From positions 930,001-994,000 of the forward strand of contig AP026136.1 of assembly GCA_030295235.1 (NCBI GenBank): 64,000 nucleotides of DNA, given 5' to 3'. Positions 34,702 through 47,200 of this stretch are shown one piece after another. Position 1 is the first letter of the stretch, and every line of letters starts with the position of its first letter. This DNA is from Fistulifera solaris. Taxonomy: Eukaryota. The notes below the pieces were generated by a model. The model was not told where the DNA came from and ran no database searches. It worked only from the letters and a program-made list of their open reading frames with translations. The position numbers and the translations under genes are program-made.

Positions 34702-36436
34702 ATGATGAAACTCTTCCTACTTCCTCTTTTGTTCGGGTCTGCGACTTCGTTTGCACCCACACGGCCATCCCTCTGGACACCCACCAAACTCGCGAGCACC
34801 ATCGCGGATGCGACGTTTACCTCCGATGGAGCCAAAAGTCAAATCGGCAACAACTCTTTCTTGAATGAAGATTTGATGGCGCGAGCACAGAAAGGACCGG
34901 GCAAGAAAAATAAAGAGAAACTAAAGATCGGGATTGTCGGCGCCGGTTTGGCTGGAATGGTGGCCGCGATGGATTTGGCGGATGCTGGTCATGACATTGA
35001 AATGTTTGAAGTACGACCTTATGTCGGTGGAAAAGTAAGCTCCTGGAAGGATAAGGACGGAAATCACATTGAGATGGGTCTTCACGTTTTCTTTGGCTGC
35101 TACTACAATTTATTCGGTATCATGAAACGCACCGGTTCCTTCGATACAGCGCTGCGCATCAAAGAACACACTCACACATTCGTCAACTCTGGAGGAAGAC
35201 TTGGTGCGCTCGATTTCCGCTTTCCCATTGGTGCTCCGGTCAGTGGTCTGCAGGCGTTTGCTCGTACAGAGCAGCTCGATTTGGCAGATAAGGCTGACAA
35301 TGCCCTTCGTTTAGCGATTTCCCCATTGTTCGAGCACTTGTTGATTTTGACGGGGGTATGGACATGGTTCGAGAGCTGGATGATATCACATTTACGGAAT
35401 GGTTCACTGCTTTGGGAGGAAAGCGAGGAAGTCTCGATCGGATGTGGGATGCCATTGCTTACGCTCTCGGCTTTTTGGACTGTGACAGTATCAGCGCACG
35501 ATGCATGTTGACAATTTTCATGCTCTTTGCTATCCGAACGGAAGCCAGTGTTTTGAGAATGCTGGATGGCAGTCCCCAAACTGGTCTGCATGATCCCATC
35601 ATCAAATATTTGGAGGACCGCAATGTGAAGATTAACTTGAGTACTCCTGTGCGAGATGTTGTTCACGATCTTGATCCGAAAACGGGTTTACCCACCCGTG
35701 TGCGAGGAATCAAAGTAGGACCCAGTGAAACCTTCCGAGAGTTCGATGTCGTAATTGCTGCCACCGATGTTCCGGGTATCAAAAGCTTCTTCCTGCAACC
35801 TTCCGACAGTACGAATTCTTCGACAAAATTTACAACTTGGATACGGTCCCGATTGCTACAGTCCAAGTTCGTTTCGATGGGTGGGTGACGGAGCTGCAAG
35901 ACGAGAAACGTATGATGGACGTTTCCGGTGATCAGAGCGATGGACGTGGAGCAGGAATTGACAATTTGCTGTACAGTGTGGACACTGAATTCTCGTGCTT
36001 TGCCGATTTGGCTCTCACAAGTCCTGGGGAGTACTACAAGCCGGAAGAGGGCAGTCTCATTCAAGCTGTTTTCGATGAACGCGCATTCAAGCGCTCCAAT
36101 GAACAGTTAGTAGAGGACTGCATCAAGCAATTGAACGACATCTTCCCTTCGTCACGCAAATTAAAGTGCACTTGGAGTTCCGTTGTCAAACTCGGGCAGA
36201 GTTTGTATCGTGAGAAGCCTGGTCAGGATAAATTCCGCCCGAAACAAGCCACTCCCATCCCGAACTTTTTCATGGCTGGCTCTTATACCTACCAGGATTA
36301 TCTTGACTCGATGGAAGGCGCGACCCGCTCTGGACTCATGGTGGCCAACGAAATAATCGACCGAGCTGATGGTCCTGATGGATTAAAAGCACTGTCCGCA
36401 AAAGCCAAAGAAACGGATCTATTCTTCGTTAGCTAA
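34702..36436 (+). CDS. ZDS: Zeta-carotene desaturase, plastid-targeted
   Basis: 'ATSFAP' presequence; GAGLAG; HIEMGLHVFFGCYYNLF; ISARCMLTIF; GIDNLLY; GSYTYQDYLDSMEGA. Frameshifts at ~35322 and ~35785. Confidence 0.92.
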
Positions 36437-37159
36437 CTAAAACACCTAAATACATATTTCATCACGGAGTATTACTTTCCCTCAGTAGTGCACGATTTAC
36501 TATCTCAAAAAAGTCCATATCATATACGCGTGGTTTTCCCGTTTCTTACCGCCAATGATAATAGAGAGCTTTTTTATTTGATTTACGGACTTGCTATAAG
36601 TTTTCTGGTTGTCGGACGAATTGCTTGATATAATGAAAGAAGAATGAAAACAGAAATGCTCCGAGCCGACACTTGTCTTCACAATTCCACTTGCAAAATG
36701 TCACGGATTGTACTCGTGAGAGTGGGACACTTTTTATCAGATTATATTTAGCAATCTAAAACCATAGTGACAGTATTAAATATGTGTACCTTGAAAACTA
36801 TAATCGAAATAGATTTTCGCCAGCAAACTTAAGGTTATTCAGTATTTATATAAGATAACCTTAATTTATTCTCGAAGTCGTTGCTCTTTTATGGTTTTCC
36901 TTCTTCACATTTCGCGGGAGTGACGAAGCGGCTTCAAACAATTATTGTGTCGAGGTACAAAATATTGTACTCCGTAGTAGATTGTATCCGTGAATTCTGT
37001 ATTCTGCAAGGCATTATAAGTAAAAAGGAAAAATCCAGCCATTTTTGGATTTCGCTTTCGACGTCAATGCGAGGAGGATGCGAGGAGGTCGTCGCAAGTT
37101 TCATAAAAGAAAAAGATACCAGAACGGTGTAACAATAATGAAAACCACGTTTAAGAAGT

Positions 37160-37999
37160 ATGGGTAAGACTAGAAAAGGAAGTGAGGATTCCAGCAAGAA
37201 ACGAAACAGTCGACAAGACGTTCAAAATGGACCGTCCGCCGATGGAGATCGTGATGAAAAGCCAAAGAAGTTGAGATCACGAAAAACAACCGATCGGAAC
37301 AGCAAAAACAATATAGATGGAAATGATCCGGTTCTGGAAGATGAAAAAGTAAAATCACTTTTAGACGAGACTTCGGACGCGGAGGCGGCGCAAGATGGAG
37401 CAGTTGGTGAGAATGATGGCAATGACAGGGATGATGTCCTTGGGGGTAAAGCACTGCCAGGAAAATGGGACTTTGAAAGTGCTCTAAATTATGTTGTATC
37501 TTTGGGAGAGGGATGTAAAGAACCTCTTTCTAAGGATGTGTACCTTTCATTTCGTGTCGGTCAATCGGGCGACTCTTCCGCAATCGAAAACTGCTACCGA
37601 ACTGCCCAAGCACAGTCATTCAAGGCGTTCGAAAAATCAGAAGTTGAGGAGCAGGACATAAACAAATCAGGCCAGCAGTTAGCAAGCCTGTCAAGCGAGG
37701 AGCCGATAGCTCATTTGACCAAGGCGCTAGGCGACGAAGATAATCCTCTGTTCGTATTTGCCTTACTGGCGGAGGTTTCTTCCTCGGTCGATATTAGCGC
37801 TCCAAAAAGCATCGCAGCAGCTGCATTACTTTCCAATGAAAGTGTGCTTTCTAAAATTCGTGTAGAATGGATGTATGTTGATCAAAAGCTAGAAGTTGCG
37901 GCAATTTTGGAGCGCAGACTTTGGTTGCGATTGTGCGCGCTCTCCGTTCTCATGTCGTGTGATTTCGTGGGTGCAACTCTACCCGAAGATCGACTTTGA
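37160..37999 (+). CDS. Hypothetical protein, basic N-terminus, possible degenerate GNAT-like C-terminus
   Basis: 279-aa ORF with Lys/Arg-rich NLS-like N-terminus; 'KIRVEWMYVD' strand. Fold call is weak. Confidence 0.6.
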   Translation: MGKTRKGSEDSSKKRNSRQDVQNGPSADGDRDEKPKKLRSRKTTDRNSKNNIDGNDPVLEDEKVKSLLDETSDAEAAQDGAVGENDGNDRDDVLGGKALPGKWDFESALNYVVSLGEGCKEPLSKDVYLSFRVGQSGDSSAIENCYRTAQAQSFKAFEKSEVEEQDINKSGQQLASLSSEEPIAHLTKALGDEDNPLFVFALLAEVSSSVDISAPKSIAAAALLSNESVLSKIRVEWMYVDQKLEVAAILERRLWLRLCALSVLMSCDFVGATLPEDRL

Positions 38000-38140
38000 C
38001 AAGACGCAGAAAACGGGGTGAGCAAATGACTAGCTGTACGGTTGTAGACGACGATAGGATAGGTTCGGTTCGGATCGGAGGAAACTGCATTTCCTGTTCT
38101 ATTGTAGTATAAGGAAGTGAAGGCAGAAGGCGATCCTCTT

Positions 38141-39195
38141 TTATACGGGAGGAGTCCTGTATTTCTTTCGGGACATGAGAAACACGTCATCAGGATCTTG
38201 TTCACCCAACCGCTTGGCGACCCAAGGATTGGGTACAACTCGAATCTCTCGCATACCCTGGTATCTATCTAACTTCACAACGGTTTTGTCGCTTCCGTCG
38301 TCGTATTTCCCTATCACAATTCCTGTACGTCCCTTATCCGGACCTTTGATCAATACTACCAAGTCTCGCACCAACGGCACATCTTTTTCTGGATCCGCAT
38401 ACACCAACGTTTCATCGGAAATTCCTTGAAAATACGTTTCCAGCGATATTGTGTTGTCATAATACGTGTAAATCCCTCCCACTCGTATGTAGCGATCAAA
38501 ATGAAGTGACATTTCGGAATACGCAATATACGCAGCATCCAGTGACCGTCGTTGCACGGCTCCCTTGAACCGTTCGAGCGAAGCGAAAAATCGTCCCACT
38601 TCATAGCGTAGGGCCACCCGGAGACCCTTGTCCGTGGGAGCATCCGTCGGAAAAGCGGCATCGGTATAAGTGGTAAATACGGGCACATAGGATCGTAAGA
38701 CGGCTGGATACTTTTCAACCAAATCCCATCGTTCTTGCATTAAATCTCGTTGTAATTCGTCCTTTTTTTATGAAAAAGTGAGTGAGAGAGACAAAGATTG
38801 TTTAGAAAGTGGTAGAAACGGAACATACCAGTACGGTACCAATTGATCTTATTTTCGCGACCAGGCCGGAATTTCGTTTCGTTCGGGGACCGTACGGATC
38901 CATGACATTGTTCGTTGTCGTCGATTTGGTGTCGGAGGAAGATACAGCAAGAGCATTCGTACTACCCGCCGATAAAACAAGTCCCATACAAGCCATCTGA
39001 GAAAAAAAGAGTCCTCCGGTTAAAAGAAAAATTTGGTAGAAATGGAATGGGCTCACTATCTTTCATTCGTAGATTTAGATCGGCATGAGGACGATGATTC
39101 GTCGACGACTCGGCCCAACCGTGCACAGTGGGTACGCCCAGGGTTAATAGTACTGTGGCAACATGTACCACTTGCGATCGATTCATGATAATCAC
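38141..39195 (-). CDS. Plastid (possibly thylakoid-lumen) protein with helical PsbQ-like region and KOW motif
   Basis: Signal ending 'VHGW'; 'RRTLFF' twin-Arg-like motif plus hydrophobic stretch; KOW 'LVVLIKGPDKGRTGIVI'. Intron ~38762-38828; frameshift ~39005. Confidence 0.6.
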
Positions 39196-39482
39196 GAGAT
39201 TGTGTCAACTGATTTACGTATGAATGATGGTCTTCTTTTGTTCTCGAGTCGATTACAAGGGGTGTGCTTGTACAAGGACAAGGATTCTCTATTCAAGGAA
39301 GCATGCGAAAGAGTGTGTCAAAGCAAAAAATCCGATCTCTCACTTCTTGATCCACACGATGACGTCATCACGGACGAGCTGACGCGGCCGCGCGATCCAG
39401 CCTTTGTTCCAGCTGCGACAGAATTCATTGCGTTTGTCCTTTCTTGTTGCTACAACACGAGGGAAATACGATTTTGCATACC

Positions 39483-40112
39483 ATGAGACATAGTTCGTTG
39501 ACAATCTACTTCATCACAGTATTGCTTTGTGTCGCTCAATCCGGTGTTATGGCCTGGATCCAACTACGGCGGCCATCGTCGATCCGATCGACTACAAGTA
39601 TAACCCAATGGATGACTTTCATCGAAACACCCACCACGCTCCCTCCGCGTATCGTTTCACAACGAGTCTTCCAAAACGACCAACGACCCGTCATATTGTT
39701 TGACGGCGTGTGCAATCTCTGCAACAATGCCGTCAATTTGGCACTGGACTGGGATCCGCACGGACGTTTGCGCTTCGCCGCCTTGCAAAGTGCGGTGGGT
39801 CGATCCTTGTTGCAAACACACGGTCGTCGGGCGGATGATATCAGTAGTATTGTTCTCGTCAATAACGATGGTGCGTACATCAAATCCGATGCCATTCTCA
39901 AAATCACCGAAGCACTGTCTCCTCCCTTTCTTCCGACCCGGGAAGTGGCAATGTTGGGTCGATTCTTTGTGCCGGCGATTTTACGGGATTTGATATACGA
40001 TCAAGTAGCGGATAATCGATATCAACTCATGGGAAAACGGGATGTCTGTCGTTTCGATGCGGATAATGAGTTTGCGGATCGATTTGTTCCGGACAGTCTG
40101 GCCTATGAATGA
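39483..40112 (+). CDS. DCC1-like (DUF393) thiol-disulfide oxidoreductase, plastid-targeted
   Basis: FDGVCNLC (DxxCxxC), RLRFAALQS, YIKSDA, RDLIYDQVADNRY. Confidence 0.88.
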   Translation: MRHSSLTIYFITVLLCVAQSGVMAWIQLRRPSSIRSTTSITQWMTFIETPTTLPPRIVSQRVFQNDQRPVILFDGVCNLCNNAVNLALDWDPHGRLRFAALQSAVGRSLLQTHGRRADDISSIVLVNNDGAYIKSDAILKITEALSPPFLPTREVAMLGRFFVPAILRDLIYDQVADNRYQLMGKRDVCRFDADNEFADRFVPDSLAYE

Positions 40113-40594
40113 AATGAAATGCAATGAAATGAACTATTGTACAGACGTTTAGTATAGAAAAACTTTACTTGTTGAGAGATGCGAAAAGCATGGGAGCGAT
40201 TGTGCTCGGACTCATTTGTGTTGATAAGCATAAACTTTTTATACACGAATCGCAAGTCAAAGTGATGATTATTGATGACGAACCTACTCAGTTCATTAAA
40301 ATGAGGTCATGGTTATTTCATTCTGTCCCCGTGTGTATGGTTGAATAGTACTGCGTTGTCATGATATGCTCGAGAGAGCTATTCGATTGTCAAAAGGAAG
40401 CATCTCCTGTAATGTATGCGTCGATTATTCACTGGCAAAATGATGCTAGGACTACGCTGTGCTCTGTAGGTGCTCTGTAGGTTCGGTCATGAATAAAGTT
40501 TCCTGAAGACGGAGATTAGTCCTTAGTCACTGACTTCCACCTAGTGTTGTAGCAATGATAGCTCATAATAGTGCGTACTTGTAGTTACCTTTCT

Positions 40595-40870
40595 CATCAT
40601 TCGACTATAGGCTGGAATGTCATTTGACGATGATTCCGCGATTGCATTGCAGTCACGAACAAAATCTTTCTCTAGCAAAAAAGATGAGTCTGTGCTCAAC
40701 TAACTTTCGACCTATTCTTCTAGTATTACTAGCTGCGAATCCTTCTCGTAAAAGCGAAGTTGCAAAGGAACTCAATACGCGAAAAGCCTCCCCGACAACA
40801 CTGTTTGGGAAAGTACTATAACCTCGAAGTGTTGGTCGTTTTTCGCCATGACTAAAAGATTCAGTCATGA
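40595..40870 (-). repeat. Degenerate copies of the 226-bp family upstream of TOR
   Basis: Reverse complement from 40869 reads catgactgaatcttttagtcatggcgaaaaacgaccaacac...tatagta...aggcttttcg. A second copy from 40657 reads cgtgactgcaatgcaatcgcgg...ctatagt. Confidence 0.75.
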
Positions 40871-41276
40871 GGCGACGTCAACACCAAACACCGTCGAAGA
40901 AGCCGCCGCGTTAAAAAAAAAAAAATCCAGAGCAAAAATTATTGAACTCCTCATTATTGCTGTGAAGCGATGGAGTATTCTCGGACTTACTCGCATCTTT
41001 GGCTTGTCTGAGTTTTTATTATCTCACAACGAATTGTTCCCTTAAATAAGAGCCAGTATTGAAGATGCGGTGGGATGTACAATCGGATTTTGCATTGTTG
41101 GATGCTGCCCTCTTGACACAGACGACGGATACCGGAGATCGTCAGCGCTTGGGCAGCAAGTCGTCAGTCAAAAATTCTTACGTGTCACCGTTAATTGCCA
41201 TTCATCAATCTATCCGAAGAAAAAATCCGGTTGCTGCTGCGGCCGCGACGACACCAGTGGTCATAATCAATTATTC

Positions 41277-44200
41277 ATGAACGATGATTTGGGAACGGAT
41301 GATTTGCCTTCTTCGGATTTATTTGATTCGACCGATCCGTGGGAGTTTACATTGTCGCCGTCGCGCACTCCGAAATACACAATCAAGACTCCAAGTGAAG
41401 AGAACATATTGGATTCGGAAAGAATTGGAGACGAAAAATCAATTGAGGAATGTTCTTGTCGATACATCGGTCGTCGGAGTAGTATTCAAGGAGGAACGTC
41501 CGATATATGCGCCCATTGTGGGAAACGACGGACGCTGTCGTCGGGTGAACTACGGCGACATCGATCTGTCAGTGTTTCCCAGCAGCTACAAACCCACTTA
41601 TCGCAACTGCAAAGGAAGCCATGCGACAAGATCCGCAACACACACAGGCCCTGCTCCAGACAACTCCACAACTTCGATTCATATGCGCGGCTTCCACGGA
41701 TATGCAAGTCGCTGGTCACCTGAGCGACATGAATCTGCTACAACGCTCGTTATTCCCACTGGTTCAGCTGATAGACGGGCAGGCGGATGGTTCGAGTTCG
41801 GCCCGAACGCCAGGATCTTCATTGATGCCAGGAATGTCGGAATACAAGGATAGTTTGCTCCGTGACCGCGCGAATCATCAAGCGGCCTCCGAACTCGCGT
41901 CTCTTATGTGGGTATTGGCTCACGAAATGAGCCAAGAAGATTTCTTCGCCGTAGAGTCTCAAGTATTTACGGAAGTTTTTGGTTTGGTTCATTCATCAGA
42001 CAAGCAACTTCGTATGGCTGGATTGGCCGCCTTGGATGCTCTTCTGGCTGCCCCTTCGGCCGATGAAGAGAAAAAATCGATCAAGTGTGCCAATACCTTG
42101 TCGGCGGGATTGCGAGCTGCCAATGGTGATTTCGAATACCTTTCGGCGGTTTCGCTTGCTCTCGGGCACATGGCAACACGCACCGCGAACGTCGATTTGG
42201 TCGAGTGCGAAGTGTCCCGTGCACTGGAGTGGTTGGGGTCGGAGCGCTCGGATCGAAGGTGAGTTGAGTCATGGGGGCGTGAATTTGTATTATTGGGGTG
42301 TTCTTACTTTTTTTCTTGTCGGTCAGACTTGCGGCTTGTCTTTCATTGAAGCAATTGGCGATCAATGCTCCAACGACTTTTCATTCCAAGACAAGTCAGT
42401 CTACATTAGGTCAAGGAGGTTCCAACGAATTCTTGGATCAAATTTTCCAGGCCATTCGAGATCCACAGCCTATTGTTCGTGCCTGTGCAGCGGATGCGCT
42501 TTCTCAGTGTCTAAAAATCATTGTCGAAAGAAGGCATTTTTCGATGACGGGATTGCTTTGCCAAGTCTATTTTGCTTTAATGGAAGGAATGAATCAAGAT
42601 GCTTCTGGCAAGAAACGCCCTCGCCAAGCTGTCATGGCTACTGAGGCCTCTCAGCACGGTTCATTATTGGTGGTCTCTACGATGCTTACATTTACAGGCG
42701 ACTTCATGTTACCCAGGTATGAAGAAGTATGTCGGGTGGTACTCGCGTTTCGCAATCACGACAAAGCGTTGATCCGCCTTGAAGTTATTCGTTTGCTTCC
42801 CCGTCTTGCCAACGCAAATCCAAAAGCTTTTGGTAGACGTTTTCTTGAAGATAGCTTGACGTTCTTGATCGAGTCCGCTTCGAAACCAACTGCCCCCCGC
42901 GTTGGAGTTGACGTTCGTCCATCGGCGTATAAGGCGATCGGGGAACTTATCCTGGCAATGATGGACGAGGAAACAGGACATGTAATCGGGTCTTTAAACG
43001 CACCCACAATAAAGATGATTTCTGATCCGAAAGGTCCGGGTTCGGGGACAATTGTTGAGTTGAAGGCTCAGGGAATAGTGTACGAAAAGTTGGCTGATAT
43101 TTTCTGTCTCGTCAAGGCTGGACTACAGTCTTCTTGTGATACACCAGTTAGTTCGCAAACGATGAAGAAAGCTGATTCATCAAAGCTTTCTCTGAGCCCA
43201 GTGCTTCATTGCGCTGCAAATCTTGTTGCTGCTTTGGGTGATTTGGCCAAGCCTTATGTTCCGGATTTAATTGATGATATGTTCCGAGCAGGGTTGAGCA
43301 ACGACTTAATTCATTGTTTACAATCCATAGCCCAGTGTGTCCCTGACCAGCAAGAGGTTATTGAGTACAGAATGCTCCAAGAAGTTTCAATTTGCTTAGC
43401 TGGCTTAAGGGACGTTTATGACACCCTCTCGTCCACTATCATATCCGGATCAAATATTCCTCTTACTCTACAACCGTCAAATGGGAACAGGGTGAATGCG
43501 CCAGGCGACAGAATCGGCAAAATTCGAATTCAGATGTCGGGCGAGCCTGTTGTTGTGCATTCTTTGGTCCTTAGTCTGCAGACACTTGCTTCGTTCGGTG
43601 TGACGATTGGTAAGACAAAAGCTTCAGGTAGCGCCGTTTCTCTCCTTCCCTTTGTGGAGAATGTGGCTTCCCGTTATCTTGCTCACCCATCAAGTGAAGT
43701 AAGGAGGGCCGCTGCGTTGACTTGCTGCGCTCTGCTGCTACCATATGAATTTGCCTATAACAGCCGACTTGGAGGACATACCGGTGTCATCGTTGATAAC
43801 GTACTTGACAGTTTGCTCAGGGTGGCTGTGTCGGATCCCTCCGGATCGGTACGAGTATGTGTAGTCCAGGCGCTCGACTCGCGCTATGATTCATTCTTGT
43901 GTCAGAGACACCACCTCTCTGAACTCTTCTTACTATTGCAAGACGAAAACCTTGCTGTACGCACGGCGGGTCTCCGCCTCCTTGGACGTCTTGCTGCAAT
44001 TAATCCTGCTACGATTCTTCCGGTTATGCGCCGTTTCTTGATCGACTCGATCATTGAAATGCAATGTGGAATCTATAACGGTAGAGGACGAGAAGAAGCC
44101 ACACGTTTATGTGTTGTCTTTTGAAGGCTAAACCGCTGCAGCGACTTGTACAACCTGTGCTGCCGTCGCTGATAGATGCCCTACCATTCCACGACGCCGC

Positions 44201-47200
44201 TCCGCCGAGATTAGCCGCGGCTTCCTTGGAAGCTCTTGGTGAGTTAGCCCTGGCAAGTGGCGTTGCGCTAAAGCCATGGATAAAAGATCTTGTCCCTCGT
44301 GTACTTGAGATTATGGCAGATCAAAGTAGTGCCAGCAAGCAAAGGACTAGTCTAAGGACCTTGGGTCAAATCTCACGTGCCACAGGATACGTTATCAAGC
44401 CTTATTTGGATCATCCTGGGCTTTTGCTACAAGCGACAGACATGTTGCCTGCAACAAAGAGAGCCCCTGGTCGCTTCGTCGAGAAGTTATTCGTACACTA
44501 GGAATTTGCGGAGCATTGGATCCTGACATGCAGTTAAGCTCTGCTTTAAAGGCGAGAAAAGGAGGAGCTGTTGGAGGGGCTTATTTCGAGGAGGCGGACT
44601 TTCGCGACCAAGGACAAATGGATCAGGAGGAAGGATATGATCATTTCGCCCACATCGACTTGGAAGATAAACAACGGATAAATGGATCACAAGAACTTTT
44701 CATTGAAAACGACGAGAACCTCCCCCGCGTATCTATTCATGCACGAACAGTATGCCATGTTTGCCCAACCCATGTCGGAGCTAATTCCCGCTAAACGCAT
44801 ATCACCAGCGGATGAAGATTTTTATCCAACAGTTGCTGTGCAAGCTTTGATGAGAATATTCAAAGATCCCAATTTAACTGTACACCACAGCTTGGTGATT
44901 CAAGCTGTCATGTATATTTTCAAATCGATGGGACTTGGATGTGTTTCCTACCTTCATAAGGTTGTTCCTCACATGATCTTGTCGATCCGCACATGTGTCT
45001 CAAACAGTCTGAGAGAGTCTATATTAAAGCAGCTTGCTAGGCTCAGCCTCATTGTTCGAGAACATCTTAGACCCTACGTATCAGACATCTTTGATGTGGC
45101 TGAAAGCCTCTGGTCATCGCGACATCTTGCCACTGTCTTCAACTTAATTTCAAATATCGCAGTAGGAGTTCCGGATGCATTCCATAAATTCATACCCAGG
45201 CTAATTCGAAGGTTACTGTCTACTTTTGATGATTTGCAGGTGGCTGACTGGACCGAAAATGAAAAGCGAAACCCATTGAATCGAGGAAGAGAAGGGACCG
45301 AACGTCTACATTTGCTCCTTTTCAGTCTCTCAAGTTTGAAGGGGGTGCTTGGCGACTATCTCCACATTCTTATTCCAGCGTTACTCAAGTTAGCCGATGG
45401 TTTGGCGTCGCTCGGATTGAATCTCGATGCGGGCATTCCTGAGAAGTCTCTCAGTGATCTTTCCGTCATGGTATTTCGTACTGTATCAATTCTGATTGAG
45501 AGCAAGAACGCCGCGAACAACAGGGTACCGTCAACATACGAAGGCCACAGCCAATTTGATTTTAAGTTTCGAGAAAGCTCGGAGAAAGGATTGCCTTCCC
45601 GAGTCGTACAGCCGATCACCCGACTTCTCAGAGACAAACCTCCACATAGCATCCCAGTCTGCTTAGTCATGGTTGAAACATTGTGTGTATGTGCGAGACT
45701 GATTGGTCTATTAACGTGGTTAAAGCTTTACGATAAGGAAGTACGAAACGCGCTTTGTGAATGGCAAGTTGGCTATCGCATCGCTGCTATGAATCTTGCG
45801 ACTTTCACCTTGGATGTAGTTGGAGATGATCACCCTCGGTGCCTTCAGGTGTATGACGACTTTTGCAAAGTCTAAAAACGTTGACATTCGATCAACAGAA
45901 AATTCCTTTGATTTTGCAACGAGATTTACCCTGACGCCGAACGCAGTATATATTTCAAGTATCGACAACACTCCTGAGGCTTATGAGCAGCAAATAATGC
46001 TTCCAAGCCCCGCTGGCGCAACGAAGCACAAAGTGAACCAGCGCAATCTCGAACGAGCATGGGACGTCTCCCAGCGATCATCTCGTGACGATTGGGACGA
46101 ATGGATGCGTAGGTTTTCCATTCAACTCCTACGTGAAGCACCTGCACCAGCATTGCGAAGTACAGCTAGTTTGGCCCAAGCATATCAACCACTAGCTCGG
46201 GAACTCTTCAGTGCTGCGTTCGCTTGTTGTTGGAACGAGCTCAGCAATCCGTTTAAGGCAAATCTTGTACATGCGCTGAAAACAGCTTTCGTTGCTGACG
46301 TTTCACCTGAAATTCTACAAGCACTTCTTAACCTGGCTGAATTTATGGAATATGATTCTGCTGGTGGACTTCCGATTGAAATACCGGTTCTTGCAGATTT
46401 GTCCTTGAAATGCCGTGCTTATGGCAAGGCACTTCATTACAAAGAACGCGAATTTTCTCTGAATGGAGGTACTTCATGCATCGAATCTCTTATCAGCATC
46501 AATAGGAAACTAGACTTACACGGTAAGTTGACTACCAAGCAATTCCTTTCTACTATTTTCAATGCACTCACCGTCACAATGCGACAGAGGCTGCTCTTGG
46601 TATTCTTAAGGCGTCGAGTTTGAAAGATGCGCGTCCCGGTGACACACCTTCGTCAAGTTTATCTACGAGATTCTCACGTCATCACGCGCGTGATATGTTC
46701 TACTCTGTTATTTGGAGCACTCAAGAACACCAACAGTCGAAGACAGATGCTGCGGACATGACAGCAAAGGAAGAATTGTGGTTAGCCAGGCTTGGTTCAT
46801 GGACCGATGCTTTAGCTGTGTACGAAAACAAGTTGAGTAGGAATCCAGATGACCCCGAAGCAATTTTAGGATGTATGCGATGCCTAGGAGCAGTTGGTGA
46901 ATGGAGAAAGGTGCTTGATCTGGCGCACGAGAACTGGGGTATAATGAGTGGAACATATCACAAACTCAGCGACGGTGTTGAGCATGGTCATACGAACCCA
47001 AGGTCTAAGCGAAAAGCTTTAAGGATCTGCGCTCAATCTGCCTGGAGACTTGGACAATGGGACAAACTTGAAAAGTTTGCCACGCAACTTGTTGGTAGTT
47101 CCAGTCCTCAGCCAAATCAACCAAGTTACTCTTCTGTTGACTTTGATGGTGCCTTCTATAGTGCTGTGTTACACGTGCATCGAAAAGAGTGGGGGCCCGC

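Noticed and set aside
17429..40112. Redox gene cluster (Trx-m, nucleoredoxin, CHCH, DCC1)
   Set aside because: Spread over 23 kb among unrelated genes with different predicted compartments; likely coincidence.
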